Of a stretch of 64,000 nucleotides of DNA, positions 48,778 to 58,465 are shown one piece after another (position 1 is the first letter of the stretch; every line of letters starts with the position of its first letter). The DNA lies in NCBI GenBank assembly GCA_029551395.1, contig JAKPFN010000140.1, positions 177-64,176 on the forward strand, in the 5' to 3' direction. The translations under genes and the position numbers were made by a program. Source of the DNA: Armatimonadota bacterium (GTDB taxonomy: Bacteria; Armatimonadota; UBA5829; DTLH01). Under the pieces are notes generated by a model. The model did not search any database and was not told the DNA's origin. It saw only the letters and a list, made by a program, of their open reading frames with translations.

Positions 48778-49459
48778 GGAACTTATCTCTGAAGGCAGAG
48801 TAACAGTCAACGGTAAAGTTGTTGACCGGCTCGGGATGAAGGTTGACCCTCAAAAATCCGAGATCCGGGTAGATGGCAAGCTCGTTACTCTGCCTGACCG
48901 CAACTATTATATACTGCTGAATAAACCTGCAGGCTACACAAGCACGAAATTCGACCCATTTGCCAAGAAGACAGTGCTGGAACTTGTTGCGGATGTCAGT
49001 GCGAACCTTCACACAGTCGGTCGGCTCGATGTTGATACCGAAGGACTCATTATCCTGACGAATGATGGCGATTTGACCTACCGGCTCACCCACCCCAGCC
49101 ATGAAATCGGCAAGACTTACGTTGCCACAGTCAGAGGTAAAGTGGATGAAGATGATCTCGACCGCCTGCGAACCGGGATTCAACTCGAAGACGGTGTGAC
49201 CGCTCCTGCAAAAGCAAAACTACTGAATGTCAGCCCGGATGGCCGAAGAAGCACAGTCGAACTTACTATCCACGAAGGTAAAAAGCGGCAGGTCCGCCGG
49301 ATGTTTAATGCTATTGGCCATAGAGTCGAACACCTTATCAGGACTAAAATTGGCAGCATCAGCATCGGCAACTTGAAAGCTGGCGAGTGGCGGTATCTTA
49401 CGGATGATGAAGTAAAACGGCTCAAAGAATCTGCCCAACCAAAAGCCAAGAAGGAATAG
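48698..49459 (+). CDS. Pseudouridine synthase RluB/RsuA family with S4 domain
   Basis: It contains ERLQKVMAAAGVGSRR...VTVNG and the catalytic GRLD. The start may be at 48740. Confidence 0.85.
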   Translation: MESEQLVEERLQKVMAAAGVGSRRKCEELISEGRVTVNGKVVDRLGMKVDPQKSEIRVDGKLVTLPDRNYYILLNKPAGYTSTKFDPFAKKTVLELVADVSANLHTVGRLDVDTEGLIILTNDGDLTYRLTHPSHEIGKTYVATVRGKVDEDDLDRLRTGIQLEDGVTAPAKAKLLNVSPDGRRSTVELTIHEGKKRQVRRMFNAIGHRVEHLIRTKIGSISIGNLKAGEWRYLTDDEVKRLKESAQPKAKKE

Positions 49460-49466
49460 ACCCGGA

Positions 49467-50327
49467 TTGTTGAAGAAAAGCCTTTATCCTGCTGTAATAT
49501 TGCTCTGTCTTGTTGTTATCCTGCCGTCTGGTTGTAAATCCCGAAGCAGCACGCCTGCAACATCGACACAAAGACCAAAATCGGAAGCTCCACAGCGTAT
49601 TGTATCGCTTGTGCCGAGCCATACCGAGATACTGTTCTCTCTCGGACTCGGTGATAAGGTTGTTGGCGTCACTAGATACTGCAATTATCCTCCTGAAGCG
49701 GCTAAAAAGCCGAAAATCGGTGATATGAATGTCGATATGGAGAAAATCGTCGCGCTGAAACCCGATCTGGTGCTTGCCCACAGTTATCTCAACGACAACG
49801 AGATAAAACGGCTGAAATCATATAACATAAAGACCATCGCCACCGACCCCAAAACGTTTGCTGATGTCACTTCGGATATCAGGACAATCGGGAACGCCAC
49901 AGGATGTATCGATCGAGCTGAAAAACTGGCTGCATCGATGGAAAAAACGATAGAGTCGTTCAAATCACAGCCGCGCACGGACCATCAAAAGCGAGTGCTG
50001 GTAGTAGTACAGGTTAATCCGCTTTGGGTAGCCGGACCGGAGACTTTCATTGACGAGATGATCTCATATTTGAATGGGAAGAATGTCGCTTATGATGCAG
50101 AATCAGGTTTCAAACAGTTTTCGTTAGAAAAGGCTTTCGCGCGAGACCCGCAGTTGATCGTCGTCACCAGAAAAGAAGACAAGGTTCATTTCGATACAAG
50201 CGCCGTTTGGAAGAAAACAAGCGCGGTAAAGGATGGAAAGGTAGTAGTAATCGATCCTGATCTGATTTTCCGCCCTGGCCCAAGGCTGGTCAAAGGACTG
50301 GAGCAGCTTGCGGAAGCGATGGAATAA
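49467..50327 (+). CDS. BtuF-like ABC transporter periplasmic binding lipoprotein
   Basis: A lipobox LPSGC is present. It contains RIVSLVPSHTEILFSLGLGDKVVGVT. Confidence 0.75.
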   Translation: MLKKSLYPAVILLCLVVILPSGCKSRSSTPATSTQRPKSEAPQRIVSLVPSHTEILFSLGLGDKVVGVTRYCNYPPEAAKKPKIGDMNVDMEKIVALKPDLVLAHSYLNDNEIKRLKSYNIKTIATDPKTFADVTSDIRTIGNATGCIDRAEKLAASMEKTIESFKSQPRTDHQKRVLVVVQVNPLWVAGPETFIDEMISYLNGKNVAYDAESGFKQFSLEKAFARDPQLIVVTRKEDKVHFDTSAVWKKTSAVKDGKVVVIDPDLIFRPGPRLVKGLEQLAEAME

Positions 50328-50335
50328 GCGGTTTA

Positions 50336-51172
50336 TTATTCTGCAGTGTCAGGATTTTCGTTACTTCCCCACTCTATTCCGGCAATACGCGCACGGCGCT
50401 CGCAAATCTTATAAAAATCGCATCCGTCACAGATTCTCTTGCGGCTAGGTGGGATTTCGGTATCTTCTGTTATTTTGAGCATCTCAGAGGCCACGTGGCG
50501 GATCATCTTCTCAAGCTCCGTCAGTTCTTCATCTGAAAGTGACGCAGAAGCTATTTGGCCCGTTCGCAGGCAGTGGATAGTAGCCATCACCTGTCTGTCT
50601 GGATACTTCTTTTTAGCCAGCAGTTGATAAATGCTCATTGCCAGGTCGTTCGCAACTTCGGCTTCCGTGACGCTTTCCCGGCCTGATTTGTAGTCTACAA
50701 TCTCAATAGTCCCATCTGGACGCTCATCCAGCCTGTCGATGCGGCCTATCAGCACGAAATCGCCCATATCTTCACGAAGCTGCCGCTCAGTCATTAGCGT
50801 TACAGAACCAGACTTGGAGTTTTCGTAATAATCCTGAAGCAGCCGGACGCCTATTTCCAGATGTTCCCGTTCTTCCTGCCGAGAATTGTAACCCGTGCTT
50901 ACCCAAGTGTTCTTGAGCCTTTCTGCAAGCTGTTCAGGTGTTTGAGTTTCGTGTCCGCCTGAAGAATGAAAATCCTGAAGCGCCCTGTGGAGCGATCCAC
51001 CGAAGCTGTTGCCAGCATTAGGTACGTAGTAATACCGCCCGATCTTCGTTACGTAGACCAGTTTGTACATAAGCGGGCATTCAAGGAACATCCTGAGCTT
51101 TGTAGGGCTGATTTCAGGCTTCCTCGGCCGCCGTGGTTTTTTACTCTTAGGTTGAATAATCCGTCGTGCCAT
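50336..51172 (-). CDS. PD-(D/E)XK nuclease superfamily protein (Cas4/RecB-like) with C-terminal Cys cluster
   Basis: The segment GRIDRLD...IVDYKSG matches the D...D-x-K motif. The C-terminus has CDGCDFYKIC. Confidence 0.6.
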   Translation of the reverse strand: MARRIIQPKSKKPRRPRKPEISPTKLRMFLECPLMYKLVYVTKIGRYYYVPNAGNSFGGSLHRALQDFHSSGGHETQTPEQLAERLKNTWVSTGYNSRQEEREHLEIGVRLLQDYYENSKSGSVTLMTERQLREDMGDFVLIGRIDRLDERPDGTIEIVDYKSGRESVTEAEVANDLAMSIYQLLAKKKYPDRQVMATIHCLRTGQIASASLSDEELTELEKMIRHVASEMLKITEDTEIPPSRKRICDGCDFYKICERRARIAGIEWGSNENPDTAE

Positions 51173-51283
51173 GAAATTGGATGTAGTGGGAATCTACTAC
51201 AGTCCATTGTACCATACTTTTATTAAAAGAAGGAGTTGTTTGGGGTACAAATGTTCGATTTTTCAATCTCAGGACCCGCCACA

Positions 51284-51400
51284 GTGGGAATTTGCACCAG
51301 CCTCGGTGGGAATTTGCACCAGCCGTAGAGGAAATTTGTGTCGGCCTCGGGGGGAGAATTTAAACCAACCTCGGGGGGAATTTGCAATTCCCCCCGAGAG
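51284..51400. repeat. Tandem array of 5 degenerate ~22-27-bp family B repeats ending in a perfect palindrome
   Basis: The units are gtgggaatttgcaccagcctcg, gtgggaatttgcaccagccgtag, aggaaatttgtgtcggcctcgg and ggggagaatttaaaccaacctcgg. The last unit is ggggggaatttgcaattccccccgagag. Confidence 0.6.
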
Positions 51401-51523
51401 ATATCATGATCTCAGACAAACACACAGCCCAAACCAGCAGCATAAAGTAGAATCTCTACTCAACAGCCGTTCGTACTTCATCTCACATACACCATACCTG
51501 AGATTCTGTTTTCTGTATTTGGA

Positions 51524-51730
51524 CTATTCCACCTGTCCAATACCAGACATAACATCTGCCATGCTTGTGTATTCCTGGTCTGGAAGCTGGTCTAAAACGT
51601 CGATTACTTCTTGTGGTGCATTATTGTCTTCTGCGTGGTTAACTAATTCGTCTTTGGATGCGGGGAAATTTATCCCTTCTAAAAAGTTGGCAATGTTTGC
51701 GGGTGACCGTCCACCTAGCCCTCTCGCCAT
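51524..51730 (-). CDS. DUF2795 family small protein
   Basis: It contains ANIANFLEGINFPASKDELVNHAEDNNAPQEVIDVL. The start was set at 51730, which has the SD sequence AGGAGG. Confidence 0.6.
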   Translation of the reverse strand: MARGLGGRSPANIANFLEGINFPASKDELVNHAEDNNAPQEVIDVLDQLPDQEYTSMADVMSGIGQVE

Positions 51731-51895
51731 ATTACTACCTCCTAATTCTGCGAAGAGTTTATTGATGCAAAAAAGGTTATCTGCCAGCAGCCTCATTTAC
51801 CCCATACATACCAACAGAAAGGGATATTTTATGTCTAGCAGGCATAAAAATTAAGAGAGCCTGGTTTTACCCAGGCTCTCTTAAGAATTTTTTAC

Positions 51896-52072
51896 TGTAG
51901 GTGCAACCTGTTCAGAAGCTCACTTGGAACGCAGGCACGCAATCTAGATATGGAAGATAATAGCGTTTTGTTTACCAGCATTACCTGCTCATAAATATCG
52001 GTAGGCACCTGAACGGCAACTACTTGTCCGCTCCGCGGGAACACTAGCTCGATCTTTCTTGTGAGCTGCATC
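51896..52072 (-). CDS. Unannotated 59-aa ORF (MQLTRKIELVFPRSGQVVAVQVPTDIYEQVML...)
   Basis: An ATG start is preceded by GGTGTGAGGG. It lies in a 690-bp intergenic region. No family was recognised. Confidence 0.25.
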
Positions 52073-52492
52073 CCTCACACCTGCCTTTCAGTCTTAAGTT
52101 GTCAAACCGAAGCTGATCTACCTTTCTACAGCCTATATACTGATGTTCGGTATTCAACTTAGAATTCTACAGCCGCTTTGTGCTGTAACAGTTCCTACCT
52201 GTCTGACTTTACCAGTGCCTTATATGTTCCAACTCAGTATGAGTAATTTTACTCATTTTCCACATTCCCTTTGCCTGCCAAAGGATTAATAAATCTTAAT
52301 TGGGTTTTCATGAATAAAATCTGGAAAAAGAGTTAGCATGAGATTAGATTGCCGGATGCTGCAGGCATCCCAATTCAAGACCGTGGGTTTTCCAATTTAC
52401 GGTTGGGTTTGTATAATTATATAAGGGAGATTCAGTACAGCCAGGGTATTGCTGTGCTCTCATGGTTTTACAAGAGGTAAGGAGAGTATCTT

Positions 52493-53794
52493 ATGCAACA
52501 ACGACAGTTCTTATTGGGACAGAAGGATATCCCAAAGCAGTGGTATAACATTGCTGCGGACATACCCGTTCCACCACCACCACCGCTTAACCCGGTTACA
52601 AAAGAGCCTGCTGGCCCGCAGGATTTAAGTGCAATCTTCTGCAATTCCATTATAGAGCAGGAAATCAGTAACGAACGGTGGATCGACATCCCCGAGCCGG
52701 TACTTGATGCGCTTGCCATGTGGCGGCCTTCCCCGCTCTACCGGGCTATCAGGCTGGAAGAGAAACTGGGCACGCCTGCGAAGATCTTCTACAAGTATGA
52801 AGGCACAAGTCCGGTTGGAAGCCACAAGCTGAACACTGCGCTTGCCCAGGCTTACTATAACAAGCAGGAAGGGATCAAACGGCTTGCCACTGAAACAGGA
52901 GCCGGCCAGTGGGGATGCGCGCTCGCACTTTCCTGCAGTTATTTCGGCATGGAATGCACTGTTTATATGGTAAAGGTGAGTTACCATCAGAAGCCTTATC
53001 GTAAGTCGATGATCCAGAGTTTCGGCGCTACCATCTACCCAAGCCCCAGCCCGCAGACAAAATTCGGTAGATCGATTATCGAGAAAGATCCGGACTCTCC
53101 GGGAAGCCTTGGCATTGCCATAAGCGAGGCATTGGAAGATACCGTTTCCAACAAGGGTGTAAAGTATTCGCTTGGCAGCGTCTCTAACCATGTATTACTA
53201 CACCAGACGGTTATTGGCCAGGAATGCAAGAAGCAGATGGAGATGGCCGGTGTGTATCCTGATGTAGTTATTGGATGTGTTGGCGGCGGCAGCAACTTCG
53301 CCGGAATAGCATTCCCGTTCATTGCAGACAAGATAGCTGGAAAAGAGGTTCGTGCCGTTGCTGTAGAGCCAACAGCCTGTCCGACGCTTACAAAAGGTGA
53401 ATACAGGTATGATTTTGGCGATACAGCACAGATGACCCCGCTCTTTAAGATGTATACGCTGGGCAGCGACTTTATGCCGCCCGGAATCCACTCAGGAGGA
53501 CTTAGGTACCACGGCATGGCCCCGCTAGTGAGCCTTTGCTACGATCAGGGACTCATCGAGGCAGTCGCTTACCCGCAGTTGGATGTATTCGACGCCGCAG
53601 TACAGTTCGCCAAGGCTGAGGGTATCATCCCAGCACCTGAGTCATCGCATGCCATTAAATGCGCAATAGACGAAGCGATAAAGGCAAAGGAAGAAGGAAA
53701 AGAGAGAGTCATTCTCTTCAATGTAAGTGGAAACGGTTATCTCGATCTGGGAGCATACGACGCCTACTTCGCCGGTCAACTAACTCAGACATAA
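52493..53794 (+). CDS. trpB: Tryptophan synthase beta chain-like protein, TrpB2 type
   Basis: It has an extended N-terminus with a PPPPP stretch and the PLP-lysine region KYEGTSPVGSHKLNTA. No trpA is adjacent. Confidence 0.85.
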   Translation: MQQRQFLLGQKDIPKQWYNIAADIPVPPPPPLNPVTKEPAGPQDLSAIFCNSIIEQEISNERWIDIPEPVLDALAMWRPSPLYRAIRLEEKLGTPAKIFYKYEGTSPVGSHKLNTALAQAYYNKQEGIKRLATETGAGQWGCALALSCSYFGMECTVYMVKVSYHQKPYRKSMIQSFGATIYPSPSPQTKFGRSIIEKDPDSPGSLGIAISEALEDTVSNKGVKYSLGSVSNHVLLHQTVIGQECKKQMEMAGVYPDVVIGCVGGGSNFAGIAFPFIADKIAGKEVRAVAVEPTACPTLTKGEYRYDFGDTAQMTPLFKMYTLGSDFMPPGIHSGGLRYHGMAPLVSLCYDQGLIEAVAYPQLDVFDAAVQFAKAEGIIPAPESSHAIKCAIDEAIKAKEEGKERVILFNVSGNGYLDLGAYDAYFAGQLTQT

Positions 53795-53887
53795 AAACAG
53801 ACTGTAGAAAATATGCTTCGGCGCACTCCTTGGGAGTAGCTCATTGAACACTCCCATACAGTGCGCCGAAGATTCGAAGTGATACTC

Positions 53888-54226
53888 CTATTCGTTGGGC
53901 TTGTTATCTATTATTCTATCTATACTGGTTGAAGACCTGTTGTTGATAATAAACAAAAAGAGTCTTGCTATTACTGTCAGCAATATTGCCCATAAAACTA
54001 CAGACTTACCTATCTGGAAAGATTTGGAATAAGGCCAATAGCCTAAAACATAAGCGATGATGTCTACTCCTACATATATTCCAGTGGCTGCCATACCTAT
54101 ATATGGATTAATCCAGAATTTTGCTGGGAACCTTTCTTGACTGCGCAGTTCGACCAACTTCATCACTACAAATGCAAAACACACCACAGCAAACATTCCG
54201 AGTGACACTACGATACGTTCAGTCAT
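53888..54226 (-). CDS. Hypothetical 4-TM membrane protein
   Basis: It is hydrophobic with the SD sequence GGAGG. The start was set at 54226. Confidence 0.5.
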   Translation of the reverse strand: MTERIVVSLGMFAVVCFAFVVMKLVELRSQERFPAKFWINPYIGMAATGIYVGVDIIAYVLGYWPYSKSFQIGKSVVLWAILLTVIARLFLFIINNRSSTSIDRIIDNKPNE

Positions 54227-54319
54227 TAACAAGCCTCCAATCAACAACATCCGGTTCTCACTATTTTAGGTTTGATATAGAACAGCGCAAGAGGTTTAAG
54301 GTCTCTTGTGCTGATTCCA

Positions 54320-54937
54320 TCAACTTCCTTCTCCATTAATGACAAGATACGTCTGCATCAGGTCGATTTTCCATTCACCATCCTGCTTGACGACTATAAC
54401 TGGGATGCCATTTTTGCAGTTTGGAGGAAGATTATCCTCTCTGAACGCTTCTGCTGGTTTGGGGCCTGGTTTGAAGTTCACCTGCGCTCGTTCAGGTTTG
54501 TATTCCACCAGCTTCAGCTCATACTCAATACCTTTGCGGAACGACTTCTCGCCTCCGCCAGAGAATATCTCTTTAAGCTCTGCTTCAACATCGACTCCGG
54601 CGATGGCTTTGGCAAACTCGAACATCTTCGATGCATCTTTGGTGAGATACTGCCTGGCTTCAGCCATATCGCCTTCGACTACCATCGAAATGAACGATTG
54701 AACAGCAATAACCGGCTGTTGGGGAAGATAGATATACTTCCAGTAAGCGAACCCACTACCGCCGATTATTGCCACTACCAGAAAAGTAAGCGCGAGTATC
54801 TTAAACAACCGTCTTCTACCGCGCTGGTTTGCTGGTTCGACAGCATCCGAGCCTGGAAGCGGACTCGAGCATTCCTGGCAGAGTCCTGCTTCAGCCTCAT
54901 TTTCCGCAGCACATTCAGGGCAGTTAGCCATTTGCAC
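54320..54937 (-). CDS. Zinc-ribbon / single-TM / DUF4878-like domain protein (paralog 1)
   Basis: It begins CPECAAEN...CQEC, then has a TM helix and ends QDGEWKIDL. The SD sequence is AAGGAG. Confidence 0.7.
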   Translation of the reverse strand: MQMANCPECAAENEAEAGLCQECSSPLPGSDAVEPANQRGRRRLFKILALTFLVVAIIGGSGFAYWKYIYLPQQPVIAVQSFISMVVEGDMAEARQYLTKDASKMFEFAKAIAGVDVEAELKEIFSGGGEKSFRKGIEYELKLVEYKPERAQVNFKPGPKPAEAFREDNLPPNCKNGIPVIVVKQDGEWKIDLMQTYLVINGEGS

Positions 54938-55002
54938 TACTCCTTAGACTGGATAAAATTAAAGCCCCTACGAACCGCAGGGGCAATCAAAATCTAGCCG
55001 CC

Positions 55003-56061
55003 TCAGCCACCGCTTGCTCTAGGTGGCGCAGGCATAGGCCGCGAGGGCATAGAAGGAGTTGACCCACTACCTCCGATGCCTGGTGGTATACTTCCTCCAA
55101 AGAGTTCTTTTAATATTTGCTGCTGTCTCTCTTGAGAAATCCTCTTTGTCTCAATAATATCCATTTTCCACTTCCCATCTTCTTTCGCTAACATAAGTGG
55201 GAAGCCTTCCAACAGGTATTTTCTTAACAGCTCTCTGGTCTTAGATGGAGGCAGAGAATTCATACCCTCATTGAGCTTATCAGCATTAAGATTGAATACA
55301 ACCCTGGCAGTGGATTCATCTGAAGATTCCAGCTCCAGGTAATAATCCTTACCTTCAGCAAAGCCTGCCTCATCCGTTTTTTCTTTTAGTTGATTAATCT
55401 GGTTTATAAACTGATCATCGGATATCTCTGGCATATCCAGAGAAGCTTTGGTCATATATTTCTTAGCTTTTTCGGCATCGCCATTCATCATGGCGTTCAT
55501 ATACCCTCGCGCCACTCCAAGCGGGGTATTAGCCAGGTAGATAAACTGGTAATATGCAAATCCACCGCCGCCAACAAGCGCAAAAAGCAGCAGTATAGTC
55601 GCAATAATAGACCCAATATTGGAACTGCTTTTCGTCTCCGGCTTCCGAGGTCCGCCTCTATATCCCGGAGGTGCTGGCGGAGGAGGCCCATAGGAACTCC
55701 TCGGAGGACCATATGGACTTGGCCCTTGAGGAGACTGAGGTCCACCAGGTCCGCCAAGCGGCTGTCCCACAACTGTCATCGGGCCTTCTTGTTCATCAGC
55801 CCCTCCATTGAGCGGACCTGGCCTTCCCATTACATTAGCAGGTCCAACAGGCCCAGTACCTGTTGTTGGAGGTGGTTGATTAACAGGTGGAGCGCTGGGT
55901 GGTGTTTGTGGTACGTTCGGACCGTTTGAAGGATTCAACGGATTGGGAGGTGGTACGCCTGCCATCGCTGCAGGCTGGACTCCTGAAAGGTCTTCCTGAC
56001 ACTGGAAACAAGATACAGCATCAATCCTGTTTTCAGCACTACACTTCGGGCACTTTTTCAT
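55003..56061 (-). CDS. Zinc-ribbon / Pro-Gly-rich linker / single-TM / DUF4878-like domain protein (paralog 2)
   Basis: It begins CPKCSAEN...CFQCQ, has a long P/G/Q low-complexity region and ends EDGKWKMDI. The SD sequence is AAGGAG. Confidence 0.7.
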   Translation of the reverse strand: MKKCPKCSAENRIDAVSCFQCQEDLSGVQPAAMAGVPPPNPLNPSNGPNVPQTPPSAPPVNQPPPTTGTGPVGPANVMGRPGPLNGGADEQEGPMTVVGQPLGGPGGPQSPQGPSPYGPPRSSYGPPPPAPPGYRGGPRKPETKSSSNIGSIIATILLLFALVGGGGFAYYQFIYLANTPLGVARGYMNAMMNGDAEKAKKYMTKASLDMPEISDDQFINQINQLKEKTDEAGFAEGKDYYLELESSDESTARVVFNLNADKLNEGMNSLPPSKTRELLRKYLLEGFPLMLAKEDGKWKMDIIETKRISQERQQQILKELFGGSIPPGIGGSGSTPSMPSRPMPAPPRASGG

Positions 56062-56303
56062 CGCTTGCCGACTCCTTTACGGGATGAGTGCTCTGCGCCG
56101 GAAACCAACTTCCTTACCGGTGCTGCTCTCTTGGAAGATGTAAATGCAGTATGTCAGGATTTTACCACACAGTCAAGAATTTTGTTAGCTGTATCTACTA
56201 AAAATGCACGAAAGGGGCAGCCAAATAGCTGCCCCTGGAAGTGGAGATGATGTTATACAAAGCCAAATGCAATAATTACATCCGGCTGAAGCTTATTCCT
56301 GTG

Positions 56304-57215
56304 CTACCATCCTGTTGATGCGGTGTTGTAACCTCCTGTTGAGCTGGATGTGCTGTACATCGTCTGTATGAACTGCTGCAAGTCGACTTTCCAGGCTTCG
56401 CCTTCTTTGACAAGGTTGAACTCATAGCCTTCTTTGAACCTTGCAGGCAGAGATTCTTCACTGAAACCAAGATTTGGCGCAGGCCCAGGCTTGACTAATA
56501 TCTTAGCAGATGTCTCATTCAAGGATTTTACCTTTAGAACCCACTGCTTGCCTTCCTCGAAGCCTTCATTTTGGCTGTTAAAGAAATCGAAGTTGATATT
56601 AGAACGGCCCAGTCTTTTTGCTTTCTCTACGTTTGCGATTACGACCATCGAATCCTTTGTAATACAGCTCTGCAGGGCAGCAACATCGTTATTGTGGGCA
56701 GATGGCACGAATACCCGCATTGCATCAAGCGGACCTTTTGGCAGGTAAACGAACTTCCAATAAAGGAATACACCAACAGCTAAAACGACAATAAGCGTCA
56801 ATATCGGGCCGATATATGATCCAATTGCAGAGTACTTAACCGGCTTGTCATCTACCCGGTCATGGTACTTCATTCTTGGAGGGGCTTGTACTGTACCGTA
56901 AGGATCTGTCTTTGGACCTGCGTAACCACCAGGCGCTGGACCCTGGTATCCACCCAAGGGCTGGCCGACTACGGACTGTACTTCGCTAGATTCGTCCCCG
57001 CCAGCAAGCGGACCGCCGCCCGCTCTAACCATACCGCTGTCACCGGCTGAATTCGGGCCTGCTACGGCTGGTTTGTACGCATTGACCGCCCCAGGACCTG
57101 CCACTGCCGGCCGGTAGGCTGTGGGTTGCTGGGCAGCTTGCAGCGGTGCACTGCATTCACTGCACTGCACGCTGTCCAGGCTGTTATCAACTCCACACCT
57201 TGGACATTTTTTCAT
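56304..57215 (-). CDS. Zinc-ribbon / Pro-Gly-rich linker / single-TM / DUF4878-like domain protein (paralog 3)
   Basis: It begins CPRCGVDN...CSECS and ends EGEAWKVDL. The start was set at 57215, which has the SD sequence AAGGAG. Confidence 0.7.
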   Translation of the reverse strand: MKKCPRCGVDNSLDSVQCSECSAPLQAAQQPTAYRPAVAGPGAVNAYKPAVAGPNSAGDSGMVRAGGGPLAGGDESSEVQSVVGQPLGGYQGPAPGGYAGPKTDPYGTVQAPPRMKYHDRVDDKPVKYSAIGSYIGPILTLIVVLAVGVFLYWKFVYLPKGPLDAMRVFVPSAHNNDVAALQSCITKDSMVVIANVEKAKRLGRSNINFDFFNSQNEGFEEGKQWVLKVKSLNETSAKILVKPGPAPNLGFSEESLPARFKEGYEFNLVKEGEAWKVDLQQFIQTMYSTSSSTGGYNTASTGW

Positions 57216-57636
57216 CAATATCTTACTCCTTAAATAATAGCTTTGCTTTTTCCTAACCACTTCAGGGAGCTTCCAGAACACGTAATGCACCGAAGACGCT
57301 CAAGAATCACTCTGGTTTCCGAATGCAGTGGTCTGTCTCCCAATAGCCTAGACTAAATTCTAGCCACTTTTGTTCCACATACACCGCTCTAAAGTGCTAT
57401 TCCGTACTAATATGTTAAGTCATCCCGGTCATCTCAGCAGTCTATGGTATATGTTCCTTTCTCTGTTAGAGTGCATAAGATTATATGTGTGAACTCTATC
57501 AGTTGAAGCTCCGACAAACAAGACAGCCAAAACATACCTTGAATGACCGTTTAAGATAATCGGATTTTCTTCAGAAAAAGTTAAGTATCAGCCACTATAT
57601 AACAAAAAACATACGCCGGCGCATATAAGGTATAGA

Positions 57637-57890
57637 AGCGAGTTTCGAGTGATGAGTGATGAGCAGGGAAGTGCCTCTACTCATCCGGGAAATCTGACCT
57701 CATCTGTTCCTGGACGAGTGATAATGTCGATTAAAACTCATAACCGGGCGTCGGCGCAAAAAGCACGCGCCGACGCATATAACTTTACACTTTATTCTTT
57801 ACACTCTCTTTTCTCTCCTTCTGGTTTTCCGCGTCTCCCTTCATTCCGCATTCCGCATTCCGCACTCCGCACTTGATACATTCCGCACTC
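57637..57890. repeat. Family A modular intergenic repeat element
   Basis: gagtttcgagtgatgagtgatgag is identical to the 24-mer at 18274-18297. A hairpin gcgtcggcgc/gcgccgacgc lies at 57748-57776. CATTCCG/CACTCCG heptads lie at 57841-57890. Confidence 0.6.
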
Positions 57891-57961
57891 GATAGATTTG
57901 ACCCAAAGTCACCTCATGCGCTACAGTATGTTGATAATCAAACGAACAGCGTGAGGCTTAC

Positions 57962-58465
57962 ATGGAACGACTCTGGGCACCCTGGAGGGTGCAGTATATA
58001 ATGGCAGACCAACCAGAAGGATGTATTTTCTGCGTAAAACCTAAAGAAAATCGAGACCGGGAAAACCTTATCCTTGAACGGGACGACCTTGCGTTCATAA
58101 TGCTCAATGCATATCCTTATAATAACGGACATTTGATGGCAGCCCCATACCGTCACACGGGCGATATCTCAGACCTGAACGATGATGAAATCCTGTCAGT
58201 AATGCGTATGGTGAAGCTGGGTAAAGAGGTGCTCGCTAAGGCATTTTCGCCTGATGGGTTCAACATCGGCATCAATATGGGGCACACTGCAGGCGCAGGA
58301 ATCGCAGACCACATACACATACACATCGTGCCAAGGTGGAACGGCGATACTAATTTTATGCCTGTCATAGCTGACACTAAAGTTATGCCGCAGGCGCTTT
58401 GTGATACCTACGACCAGCTTAAGAAAGCGCTTTCAGACCTGAAAGGGGACAATCTGCAGGAATGA
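57962..58465 (+). CDS. HIT family hydrolase
   Basis: It has the histidine triad HIHIHIVPR. It also contains CIFC...NAYPYNNGHLM. Confidence 0.85.
   Translation: MERLWAPWRVQYIMADQPEGCIFCVKPKENRDRENLILERDDLAFIMLNAYPYNNGHLMAAPYRHTGDISDLNDDEILSVMRMVKLGKEVLAKAFSPDGFNIGINMGHTAGAGIADHIHIHIVPRWNGDTNFMPVIADTKVMPQALCDTYDQLKKALSDLKGDNLQE

Noticed and set aside
51171-51854. 227-aa plus-strand ORF
   Set aside because: It spans the repeat array and runs antisense to the DUF2795 gene. It has no SD and no family similarity.
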